From Candidatus Saccharimonadota bacterium (GTDB lineage: Bacteria; Patescibacteriota; Saccharimonadia; UBA4664): a stretch of DNA of 64,000 nucleotides. A model generated the notes under the pieces. That model was given only the letters and a program-made list of their open reading frames with translations. It was not told where the DNA came from and ran no database searches. The DNA lies in contig JACAFG010000002.1 in NCBI GenBank assembly GCA_019352195.1, positions 167,820 to 231,819 of the forward strand. Reading direction: 5' to 3'. Shown piece by piece: positions 38,243 to 46,717 of the stretch. How positions within the stretch are numbered: position 1 is the stretch's first letter; the number at the start of each line of letters is the position of its first letter. The position numbers and the translations under genes were made by a program.

Positions 38243-39286
38243 CTATAGGCCTTCGGTTAGTAGGTCACGATAGATTCCATGATAGGCTGCCGCGGTGTGC
38301 GCAATATCTAGCTTTAAAGCTAGCTCTCGGTTAGCTGCGCCCAGCGCCAAGTGTAGCCGAGGTGAGTTGGTAAGTTCGGTGAGCGCTTCTTCCACCTGAT
38401 TCGGCGCAATAATTCGCAGTCCGGACGCCATAGCCTCTAGGATTGGCAAACTATTACCGGGCTGCTCAGAAGGCAAGACGGCTAAATCCACTGCCTGGTA
38501 GATGAATGGGTGTCGTTCGTCACTTCGGTCGAGTTCAGGTAAGTTGTGGTACCGCCCGCGCGTTTTCAGTTGTGACAGAGTTGGAGCGAGGCTACTTTCA
38601 CTTGGGTGACCAACGGTGATGAGACAAATATCTTTGGTCGCAGCAAGAGCTGAGAGTTGAAATACGAGCGCGGCAAGCTGCGGGTCGGATGGATGACCAC
38701 TAAAGAGGATCAATGGGATGTCCTCGGGAAGGTCGAGCGCTCTCCGGGCTTCTCGCGTCATGCCGTGTTGATAGCGAGACGTGTCTACTCCGACTGAAAT
38801 AATTTCACCGGACATCATGACGCCGGATGATGTCGCCGCGTCATGCACTATTGGCGTTGTGGCAATAAGGGGAACGAATTTATTAAGTGAACGCAAATAC
38901 TTCCACGAGTGCGGCTTAAACGGTGAAGATGGAGTAAGCGGCAAACTTGGCGCGTAGTGAAGCGTCATAAGCAGCGGGGTACGAACGTAACGGCCCACAT
39001 GGGAGATCTTGATGGCAAGCTGGGTTGATTGCTGAAAATGAACGAGACTTGGCTCGTAACGATTGATGAGCCGCTTGAGATCGCGGCTTGAGGTGAAGTG
39101 ATGCAAGATACAGTTCTCACTCGGTAGCACCGGCAATTCGCCGGGGTTGTGGAGTCGAACCGCCAACACAAATTGATAAGAGGTGACAAGTTCTTTAATA
39201 AGACCGAGGGTAAAGACCTCAACCTCGCCTAGTGGCGCATGCCACTCGGTGACAATGAGAATAGTTGGCAGAGTTTGATTTGACAC
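38243..39286 (-). CDS. GT-B fold glycosyltransferase (GT4-like)
   Basis: C-terminal E...LPILEAMASGLRIIAPN motif. Confidence 0.55.
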   Translation of the reverse strand: MSNQTLPTILIVTEWHAPLGEVEVFTLGLIKELVTSYQFVLAVRLHNPGELPVLPSENCILHHFTSSRDLKRLINRYEPSLVHFQQSTQLAIKISHVGRYVRTPLLMTLHYAPSLPLTPSSPFKPHSWKYLRSLNKFVPLIATTPIVHDAATSSGVMMSGEIISVGVDTSRYQHGMTREARRALDLPEDIPLILFSGHPSDPQLAALVFQLSALAATKDICLITVGHPSESSLAPTLSQLKTRGRYHNLPELDRSDERHPFIYQAVDLAVLPSEQPGNSLPILEAMASGLRIIAPNQVEEALTELTNSPRLHLALGAANRELALKLDIAHTAAAYHGIYRDLLTEGL

Positions 39287-39579
39287 GATCCTCTACTATA
39301 ACCGATATTTGCGACAAATGTCACGAACTTATTTTAGTTATGTCAGTTTAGACTGACGGATGTTCGGTAAGATTTAAGGATGTGTCCACAGCCTGTGTAC
39401 AAACCGCCAGAATATGAGTGATTAATTTTGAATTTTTAGGTGTTCGAATCGTTGAGGGCGCAATGATACTGACAATATTTGGATTTCTAACAGATAAGAG
39501 TGGCTATAATTAGCCTTAAAGCATAAAAACTATTGACCCATAAATCATTTAGGGCTATATTAAATGAGGAGTTCAACAA

Positions 39580-40041
39580 GTGCAGGTAAGGAATACGAGT
39601 TCTCAGTTCGAGAAATCGCTACTCAACAAAATCGCTCGGGTCGCAAACAGGCTCGAAGCTGAGGTGGAAAACGAGTTAAAGGTCAGCTTCGCGCTGACCT
39701 TTTCTCAATTCAGGGTGCTCGACGCCTTGCTCGGCCGCGATGAATTGAGCCAGCGAGAACTAGCCGAAGTCATTGGAGTGACTCCGGCTGTAGTAACGCG
39801 TCAAGCCGAAGTACTGGCGGGACGGGGACTGCTAGAACAGCGGGAAAACCCGCGCAGCCGTCGCGAAAAGCTCATTGTTGCCACGCGCAAAGGGGAACAA
39901 GCGGCCGTTGATGCCGGTAAGGCAATTATGAATGCGCAAAAACGGCTGTTTGAGCCGCTAGATGTACAAGAAGAGTTGGCGATAGAGCGTGGCCTATCAA
40001 AAATGCCGCCGGTGCCAACGAATTGGCACCGGCGCTTCTAG
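39580..40041 (+). CDS. MarR-family winged-helix transcriptional regulator
   Basis: LTFSQFRVLDALLGRDELSQRELAEVIGVTPAVVTRQAEVLAGRGLL (wHTH). Its stop overlaps the RT stop (tail-to-tail). Confidence 0.7.
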   Translation: MQVRNTSSQFEKSLLNKIARVANRLEAEVENELKVSFALTFSQFRVLDALLGRDELSQRELAEVIGVTPAVVTRQAEVLAGRGLLEQRENPRSRREKLIVATRKGEQAAVDAGKAIMNAQKRLFEPLDVQEELAIERGLSKMPPVPTNWHRRF

Positions 40042-40976
40042 GATCGAATGAGCCAGTCATTGCGATGCAACTGGTAGTCATGGAACAACTCCAGGGTGTG
40101 ACACTCGGCTCGGTTACGGCCCTGATGACTTCGTGGCGTGGCCGTCCAGTATACTCCCATGTAGCCAGCAACTTTGGCCGGTTTGATCATGCCGTACCTG
40201 GCTAAGTGCAAAATGCCATTGACCTTACCGAGATACTTACGCGGGACATAGGTACGGCCGGTGAGGTCGAGCCCAATGCCGTTGATCTGGACCGGTCCCT
40301 TCGCGAGGTCGTAAACTTTGGCCTTGCGATAGCTGATGTCAAACCCTGCCGCTGCGATGACGTCTCTGATGGCACGTCGTTTGCGCTCACCAATGGGTTC
40401 GTTACTTGAGAAGGTGAGGTCGTCAATGTAGCGGCTGTATGTCAGCCCCCAGCGCTTGAGTCGGGGGGCTAAGCGTTGATCGATGAGCTCGCCGGCATAG
40501 ATGTTAAACAGATCCGGCGAGGCGGGCGCTCCGGTGAGTAGGCCGCCCGTTGTGCCCAAACAATAGCGCTTGAGAAAATCATGTGTGCTCGACAGCTCGG
40601 ACGGGTCGGCAACAAGATAGCCGTCACGTTGCGCTGCCAGCGTACACAGGATGAACGCCAGTTCGCCACCCTTTACATACAAATACGCGCTGTGAAGGTC
40701 CAGCAGGTACAAGTAGCGCTTGCCGCGATGACGCTCGACATTGCGTCGTGGCGACGAGCCAGGTAAAACCGCGGTGGCGTAGGGTGAGCGGCCATGGACT
40801 TTAGTTTGCAGGAGCCGTAGATCAACGATCATGCGGCTATGAAGCTTGCGCATGGGGTCGTTGGGCGCGTGAATGGTGCGCCACTTGGTAACCCCGCTTA
40901 CCTTATTTTCATCGCGTAATCGATGAACGCGAAAGCTTGGCTCATCTCCAAGGAGGTCTGATAGGTTGTCAAACAA
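40038..40976 (-). CDS. retron-type reverse transcriptase (312 aa)
   Basis: RT motifs 1-2 (KWRTIHAPNDPMRKLHSRMI), A (YLYLLDLHSAY), B' (LLTGAPASPDLFNIY), C (YSRYIDDLTFSS, retron-like RYxDDLTFS), and D with a VTG-like INGIGL. TTG start with GAGGAG RBS. It lacks group II intron maturase/X domains and the DGR (I/V)GxxxSQ motif. Confidence 0.7.
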   Translation of the reverse strand: MFDNLSDLLGDEPSFRVHRLRDENKVSGVTKWRTIHAPNDPMRKLHSRMIVDLRLLQTKVHGRSPYATAVLPGSSPRRNVERHRGKRYLYLLDLHSAYLYVKGGELAFILCTLAAQRDGYLVADPSELSSTHDFLKRYCLGTTGGLLTGAPASPDLFNIYAGELIDQRLAPRLKRWGLTYSRYIDDLTFSSNEPIGERKRRAIRDVIAAAGFDISYRKAKVYDLAKGPVQINGIGLDLTGRTYVPRKYLGKVNGILHLARYGMIKPAKVAGYMGVYWTATPRSHQGRNRAECHTLELFHDYQLHRNDWLIRS

Positions 40977-41006
40977 CGGAGGTGCTCCTCACTGAGAGTC
41001 GGGGGT

Positions 41007-41382
41007 GTGGTCTGGGGCCACAGTTTGGTACTGCCTAACCACGAAGGACAATCCTGTCCGAGAGATAGCCGCGCCAGATGAAGGATCCTGCCGTCGGCCG
41101 CCCGCAAACGTAGAGCGCACGAAATCGAGTCGGGGACAAATGGGACTTGCGCCAGCAACGGCACTCCTCGCATGTGATCCAGACACTGTACCCGTGGCGG
41201 TACGCCGAGATGCAGCACGGATGGACTGTCAGATGGGAGAGAAGTCAACGCTGGATGTGAAAAAAAACGAACGCTAACATCCCTGAAACTCGCCCGAGGG
41301 CCAGCCCCTCCTCATCGCATGAACGACGAGGTTGTATTGCTTTGTCGAACTCCAAACTGCTGCTAGCGCGGCCCCAGACCAC
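41007..41382 (-). ncRNA. candidate retron msr-msd ncRNA bounded by a1/a2 inverted repeats
   Basis: GTGGTCTGGGGCC (minus-strand reading, 41382-41370) and its perfect reverse complement (41019-41007) form a 13-bp stem, extendable to ~17-19 bp with G-U pairs and one mismatch. The element is ~375 nt, has no ORF, and lies between a strong promoter and the RT RBS. It contains several local hairpins (e.g. CCTCGTCG-ttcatg-CGATGAGG) and a U8 tract. Confidence 0.45.
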
Positions 41383-41419
41383 TCCACGAACGACCAGCTG
41401 GACCGTCGTGGATGACATG

Positions 41420-41447
41420 ATAATACCCGCTTGCACCAGATAAGCAA
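41420..41447 (-). promoter_or_regulatory. sigma70-like promoter TTGCTT-N16-TATTAT driving the ncRNA-RT transcript
   Basis: -35 at 41447-41442, -10 at 41425-41420 (minus-strand reading). Predicted TSS ~41413, 30 nt upstream of a1. Confidence 0.5.
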
Positions 41448-41460
41448 ACCATTTTAGGTC

Positions 41461-41489
41461 TTGTTCGGCTTTGATTCGGTTGGTATACT
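41461..41489 (+). promoter_or_regulatory. divergent promoter TTGTTC-N17-TATACT for rmuC; the mRNA is probably leaderless
   Basis: -10 ends 6 nt before the ATG at 41496, with no RBS. It lies back-to-back with the retron-like promoter. Confidence 0.4.
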
Positions 41490-41495
41490 CCTTGC

Positions 41496-42563
41496 ATGAC
41501 GGTCTTACTCATTGCTAGTTTATTTATCGTAATTATTGGCGGTTTTGTTGCCGTGGTCTTAAGTATGAATCGCCAGGTTCGGCGTCTTCAGGATGGGCTC
41601 AAGAGTGATACAGCACTTGGTCTCATCAAGCAGGATCTACAGGGGATTAATAACACCATAAATGATCGCATGGATAAATCTAATGATTCGATGCGCGACG
41701 CTATCCAGCGCCAATTTGCGGCTAGCTCGCGGCTGATCGGCGAGGTAACCCGTGATCTCACTGAACTCAAAGAGAGCAATAAGCAGGTGCTTGGTATTAC
41801 CGACGAACTAAAGTTACTGCAAAATACCCTTCAAAACCCTAAGCAGCGCGGGGTCTTGGGTGAATATTTCTTACAAAGTGTGCTCGAGAATGTTTTACCG
41901 CCCGAACGATTCGAACTGCAATATAAGTTTAGTGACGGCGAAATTGTGGACGCCATTATTCGCCTCGACCGCGGGATGATTTTGCCGGTCGACTCTAAGT
42001 TTAGCCTCGAAAATTACAATCGACTGGTAGAGGAAACTGACATAGCTAAGCAAGACGCGCTGATAAAGGGCTTCAAAAATGATTTGAAGTCTCGCATAGA
42101 TGAGACCTCCAAGTATATACGTCCGAGTGAGGGGACTATGGATTTTGCCTTTATGTTCATCCCGAGCGAGGCCATTTATTATGATTTGCTTATCAATAAG
42201 GTGGGGACGTTGCAGACCAATTCACGCGATTTAATTGAGTATGCCTTTCGTGATAAGCGGGTAATCATTGTAAGTCCTACATCATTTATGGCGTACTTGC
42301 AGACGGTATTGCAGGGACTGCGGAGCCTGCAGATTGAAGAAAAGGCTAAGGAAATTCAGATAAGGGTTGGTGAATTAGGGCGTCATATTAATGCTCACGA
42401 GGTCTTTATGCAGAAGCTTGGGGTCTCACTTGGAACCACGGTGGGCCACTTTAATAATGCGCATAAAGAGCTGAAGAAAATGGATAAAGACGTAGTGAAG
42501 ATTGCTGATGTCACGCCCTCGGTTGAGCCGCTCATTCTTGACCGTCCGAGTAGTGACGAGTAA
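41496..42563 (+). CDS. rmuC: DNA recombination protein RmuC (putative nuclease)
   Basis: N-terminal TM, coiled coil, then the RmuC C-terminal domain (MDFAFMFIPSEAIYYDLL ... VIIVSPTSFMAYLQTV). Confidence 0.7.
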   Translation: MTVLLIASLFIVIIGGFVAVVLSMNRQVRRLQDGLKSDTALGLIKQDLQGINNTINDRMDKSNDSMRDAIQRQFAASSRLIGEVTRDLTELKESNKQVLGITDELKLLQNTLQNPKQRGVLGEYFLQSVLENVLPPERFELQYKFSDGEIVDAIIRLDRGMILPVDSKFSLENYNRLVEETDIAKQDALIKGFKNDLKSRIDETSKYIRPSEGTMDFAFMFIPSEAIYYDLLINKVGTLQTNSRDLIEYAFRDKRVIIVSPTSFMAYLQTVLQGLRSLQIEEKAKEIQIRVGELGRHINAHEVFMQKLGVSLGTTVGHFNNAHKELKKMDKDVVKIADVTPSVEPLILDRPSSDE

Positions 42564-43151
42564 ATGAATATTTCAGAGCCAATTTTTGGCGTAGCCTCGG
42601 CGCTCTTGTTGGCAGCGTCGGGTCCATCATATTTTATTAGCACTATTAAAGGGCAAATGAAGCCGCAGCGTGCCACTTGGTTTATTTGGGCAGTACTTGG
42701 TGTGACAGCGCTGGTGTCTCAGGTGGCTTTGGGTGGCACGTGGTCGGTTGTATTTACGGCAGTTGATAGCCTGGGTAATATCTTAATGTTTCTGCTAGCG
42801 CTGAAATATGGGGTTGGGGGTTGGAACCGACTCGATAAGATTGCCTTGGTGATTGCGGGGGTTGGAATAATTGTTTCAATCGTCGTCAGACAGCAACTTA
42901 TTGCGCTTGTTGGTGTGATTGTAGCTGACGCCGCCTCAGCATCTTTGACGATCCGGAAAGCCTATCTGGATCCAGCCAGTGAGGATCCGCTGGCCTGGCT
43001 GCTGGTGGGACTTAGCGCAGTCTGCGCCCTCATTGCGGTTGGCCGCATTGACGTCCAGCTATTGATTTACCCGATATATCTGGCACTCGCTAATTTTGGG
43101 GTCGTAGTGGCTCAACGTGTTGGGTTTCGCCGCGTTGCCGGTCGAGTATAA
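42564..43151 (+). CDS. hypothetical polytopic membrane protein (6 TM)
   Basis: ATG immediately follows the rmuC stop, so it is translationally coupled. Confidence 0.5.
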   Translation: MNISEPIFGVASALLLAASGPSYFISTIKGQMKPQRATWFIWAVLGVTALVSQVALGGTWSVVFTAVDSLGNILMFLLALKYGVGGWNRLDKIALVIAGVGIIVSIVVRQQLIALVGVIVADAASASLTIRKAYLDPASEDPLAWLLVGLSAVCALIAVGRIDVQLLIYPIYLALANFGVVVAQRVGFRRVAGRV

Positions 43152-43204
43152 ATTTTGCCTCAGTTAAGCATGAACGGTATACTTTGATCAACGAAAGGGA
43201 AGTA

Positions 43205-44197
43205 ATGAAACGAATTGTTTCTGGTATCAAGCCAACTGGTGAACTTACGCTCGGAAATTATCTGGGAGCAATGCGACGTTGGGGCGAAATGAGCGCCAAC
43301 CCCGATCATGAGCATTTTTTCTTTGTGCCCAACCTGCATGCTCTGACGGTGCGCCCGGAGCCGAAGACGCTGCATACCGATAGCCGAGCGGCAGTAGCTT
43401 GGCTGTTGGCGATGGGTGTAGATCATGATCACAGCTACATCTTTATGCAGTCTCAGGTGCCGGCTCATAGCGAACTGACATGGATTTTGAATAACTACAC
43501 CACCATGGGTGAGCTCAACCGAATGACGCAGTTTAAAGACAAGGCTCTCAAGAGCGGCGCCGAGGGTCAGCTAGTTGGCTTGTATGACTACCCAGTACTT
43601 ATGGCCGCTGACATATTGCTCTACGATGCGGATGAGGTACCGGTGGGCGAAGACCAGAAACAGCACGTGGAATTAACGCGTGATATTGCGACCCGCTTCA
43701 ATAACCTGCATGGCGACGTTTTCCGTGTACCTCAGCCGACGGTTCAATCAGAAGGGGCCCGCATTATGAATTTGCAGGATCCGGCCAAAAAAATGAGCAA
43801 AAGTGATACTGATGACAGCGGAAACATTTTGCTGACCGACGACGAAAAGACAATCGTGAAGAAAATAAGCCGCGCTGTTACCGATTCAGGTAGTGTGGTG
43901 TCAACGGGCGCCGATAAACCTGCGCTCACCAATTTGCTGACCATTCATTCCATATTAGCTGGCAAGTCGATTGAAGAGCTGGAAGCTGCCTACGCCGGCA
44001 AAGGTTATGGCGCCTTTAAGGAGGACTTAGCTGATATCGTGGTTGAGACTTTAGCTCCACTCCAAAAACACTATCACCAGCTGATGAGTGAAGGGAACAC
44101 CAAAATCGATCAGGCTTTGGAGCACGGTTGGTGGAGAGCATCGGAGCTGGCTAATGCCAAACTCGCTCAAGTGAAAGAGATTTTGGGCCTGTTTTAG
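43205..44197 (+). CDS. trpS: tryptophan--tRNA ligase
   Basis: Class I motifs (PTGELTLGNYLGA as HIGH-type; KMSKSD). RBS AAGGGAAG. Confidence 0.9.
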   Translation: MKRIVSGIKPTGELTLGNYLGAMRRWGEMSANPDHEHFFFVPNLHALTVRPEPKTLHTDSRAAVAWLLAMGVDHDHSYIFMQSQVPAHSELTWILNNYTTMGELNRMTQFKDKALKSGAEGQLVGLYDYPVLMAADILLYDADEVPVGEDQKQHVELTRDIATRFNNLHGDVFRVPQPTVQSEGARIMNLQDPAKKMSKSDTDDSGNILLTDDEKTIVKKISRAVTDSGSVVSTGADKPALTNLLTIHSILAGKSIEELEAAYAGKGYGAFKEDLADIVVETLAPLQKHYHQLMSEGNTKIDQALEHGWWRASELANAKLAQVKEILGLF

Positions 44198-44216
44198 GTC
44201 GATCACCCAAGATAAA

Positions 44217-44250
44217 AAGAAAACAGCGATTTCGATCGCTGTTTTCTTTT
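44217..44250 (+). terminator. intrinsic terminator of trpS
   Basis: GAAAACAGCGAT-ttcg-ATCGCTGTTTTC followed by a T-run. Confidence 0.85.
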
Positions 44251-44454
44251 TACAACAAACCAAACATTGTAATTTCACTGAATTAGTTTTTTACAGGTTT
44301 ATTTAGCCTCAAATCTGATAAGTATTTTACGGCTATGTATTGTAATATTAACAACATTAGCCACTGAAAAGTATGCTAAAAATTGATAATAATTAGCGAA
44401 TTATGCCTATACAGAGGTATTTGTAGCGTAGCAGTGATTGAAGCTTAAGACTGT

Positions 44455-44482
44455 TGACTTTTGAAAATGGTTGTGCTAAGTT
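44455..44482 (+). promoter_or_regulatory. candidate promoter TTGACT-N16-TAAGTT for the ORF-free transcript
   Basis: -35 at 44455-44460, -10 at 44477-44482. AT-rich upstream; alternative promoters are possible. Confidence 0.3.
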
Positions 44483-44488
44483 TGTTTC

Positions 44489-45092
44489 AGACCGAAGTTC
44501 GCAGACCACATAGCCCGCGATCACCGACCAACCGTTCAGACCAAGTCCGCCGCTCAAAGATCACCGACCACGACCAAAGGTTCCTTAAAATGTTAAAAAC
44601 TCTCGTTCAAACTCATCTAGAGTTACGTCCGGATGGTAGGGGTAGTCCCGGTTAGAAATATCCCCCTTATTTCTAACCCGGGCTCTCCCCACCATCAAAC
44701 CAACTAAGCTCAATCTAGTGTCCAAACCTAGATGACGCACTGGCTTAGGACCAGACCAAGACCCGACCAATGACCAACGTAACATGACAACAAACATCAC
44801 TGTTACAGGTAGCTGGAAGGCATGCGGTAATAACATACGTTGTTGCCGACTGCCTTCCAGCTACACCATGACCCGGGAGGAAAAACTTAGCTCAAACTAG
44901 TACATGAACATAGACTAGAAGTAGCTAGCACCACAACTATTTCTTACTGATATCCAAAACTATTGGTAGGAAGTACTACGGGGCGACAGGCGCCAATTTA
45001 CCAATAAATATGGGTGCTTCTTGTTCGCCCCGTAACTCGAATTTATTCCAAAGCATCAATGATTGTCGTGAGACGAGCATTGATGCTTTTTT
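44489..45092 (+). ncRNA. candidate large structured ncRNA (~600 nt, unknown family)
   Basis: No ORF with protein-like composition in any frame. Features: a 12-nt direct repeat GATCACCGACCA (44519 and 44559) and many GACCA(A) motifs; an extended imperfect hairpin at 44632-44696 with a 13-bp apical stem; a perfect 14-bp-stem hairpin at 44809-44864; a 10/11 stem at 44979-45033; and a strong terminator at the end. Confidence 0.4.
45051..45092 (+). terminator. intrinsic terminator ending the ORF-free transcript
   Basis: AGCATCAATG ... CATTGATGCT (10 bp) with an inner TCGT-gag-ACGA, then TTTTTT. Confidence 0.8.
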
Positions 45093-45163
45093 CGATTGCC
45101 TCTACCTGTGGCGGGAAGGGGTGTAAGGTGCAATAATAGAGCCAATATAAGCGTGAGTGGAAT

Positions 45164-45538
45164 GTGCCGGCCAGGGGACAGCTAACAATACTAGCTTTGT
45201 GGAGCGCTGCGGGTGGGGCTGTGGTACTTATAACCATGCTTGCAACCAATCCGGCGGCCATTGGTCCCGTAGGGGTGACCGTCTGGTTTGTGTTGTTATT
45301 GAGCGTGTTTGCCAGTGTATTAACGCTCGCTATGTATGCTGTTAAGGCGTATTTTCACCTGCATGCGACGCGTCAGCAACGTCTGCGTTACTCGTTACGG
45401 CAGGGTTTACTGGTGGCAGGATGGGTGTCGGGCTTGTTGGCCTTGGCTTCACTCGGCCAATTGGGCGTGCGCGATGTTATACTACTAGGACTAGCCGCCG
45501 TTATTGTTGAGTTATATGTGAGGTTTCGCTGGCCATGA
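45164..45538 (+). CDS. small membrane protein (3 TM)
   Basis: 124-aa ORF. Its stop overlaps the pheS ATG (ATGA). Confidence 0.45.
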   Translation: MPARGQLTILALWSAAGGAVVLITMLATNPAAIGPVGVTVWFVLLLSVFASVLTLAMYAVKAYFHLHATRQQRLRYSLRQGLLVAGWVSGLLALASLGQLGVRDVILLGLAAVIVELYVRFRWP

Positions 45539-46557
45539 CCGAGGAGCAAATTCGTTTAGCAGTTACCGGTGCAAAAAGCCTGGATCAGCTTGAGCTGGTG
45601 CGGGTTGAGCTTGTTGGACGCAAGGGCAGCCTTACCGAGCAACTGCGCCGCGTAGGGGACTTACCTGCCGCTGAGCGCTCCTCTGCCGGCGCTGAGGCGA
45701 ATCGCTTGCGGCTGGCAGCGGAAGCGGCACTTAAACTGCGCTTTGCCGAATTACGTGCGGCAGCCACGAAGAGCGAGCTAAGTACGCCACTTGATCTTAC
45801 TGCCCCCGGAGTTACCTTGGCATTAGGCCATCGTCACCCTGTCTCCCTCGTGTTAGATGAGTTGATAGAGGTGTTTTGGCAAATGGGGTATCAGGTGGCT
45901 GACGGTCCCGAAGTTGAGACCGAATGGCATAATTTTGAGGCTCTCAACATTCCTGAGACGCATCCGGCGCGCGATATGCAAGATACCTTTTATCTGGAGG
46001 GAGGGAACTTGCCGCGCACGCATACGTCGGGCGTTCAGATCCGCTTTATGCAGGCGCATAAGGACGACTTACCAATAAGAATTGTTTCTCCCGGCAAGGT
46101 TTATCGAAATGAAGACGAGGATGCACGCCACTCCTGGAGCTTTTATCAGATTGAAGGACTGGTGGTAGACGAGGGGATTAGCCTTGCCGACCTCAAAGGC
46201 ACTTTAGAAGCTATGATGGTGGGCGTATTAGGTGAGGGTACAAAGGTACGTTTGCGCCCGAATTATTTTCCTTATACCGAGCCGAGCGTTGAGATGGATG
46301 CAAGCTGTGTAATCTGTAGCGGCACAGGTGTTGTAGATGGGGCATCATGTAAACTATGCTCTGGTACTGGTTGGCTTGAGCTGGGCGGTGCCGGCATGGT
46401 GCACCCCCAGGTTCTACGCAACGTTGGCATCGATCCAGTTCGCTACAGTGGCTTTGCTTTTGGGTTTGGTCCCGAGCGAATTGCGGCTATCAAATACAAT
46501 GTTGGTGATGTGCGTGAATTTTGGCGTCCTAATTTTAATTTTCTGGATCAGTTTTAA
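45535..46557 (+). CDS. pheS: phenylalanine--tRNA ligase alpha subunit
   Basis: Class II motifs (FRPNYFPYTEPS; GAGMVHPQVL ... GFAFGFGPERIA). Confidence 0.9.
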   Translation: MTEEQIRLAVTGAKSLDQLELVRVELVGRKGSLTEQLRRVGDLPAAERSSAGAEANRLRLAAEAALKLRFAELRAAATKSELSTPLDLTAPGVTLALGHRHPVSLVLDELIEVFWQMGYQVADGPEVETEWHNFEALNIPETHPARDMQDTFYLEGGNLPRTHTSGVQIRFMQAHKDDLPIRIVSPGKVYRNEDEDARHSWSFYQIEGLVVDEGISLADLKGTLEAMMVGVLGEGTKVRLRPNYFPYTEPSVEMDASCVICSGTGVVDGASCKLCSGTGWLELGGAGMVHPQVLRNVGIDPVRYSGFAFGFGPERIAAIKYNVGDVREFWRPNFNFLDQF

Positions 46558-46717
46558 AAATGACACGAATGGTAACCAGCCAAAAGCTCGACTCATGTTG
46601 TAGTTTGTTCATCAACGATGGTCAAGTGAAGCCGAGACTCGATGTTCGGTTTTTTGAGAGTGGGTATTTACCCACATCATTAGTCCCCCGAAAACGGCCG
46701 CTGAAAGGAGCTCGAGG

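Noticed and set aside
40038-40976. Group II intron maturase or DGR reverse transcriptase
   Set aside because: At 312 aa it is too short and lacks X/maturase and En domains. Motif B' is QG-type (GAPASP), not the DGR (I/V)GxxxSQ motif. No template or variable repeat pair is visible nearby.
44200-45160. RNase P RNA, 6S RNA or SRP RNA in the trpS-pheS spacer (and in 418-1056)
   Set aside because: I could not find the universal RNase P P4 strands (GGAAAGUCCGGGC / ACAGAACCCGGCUUA), SRP domain IV or a 6S central bubble. Only partial 6-7-mers such as AAGUCCG and AACCCGGGCU occur. The region is therefore left as an unknown ncRNA.
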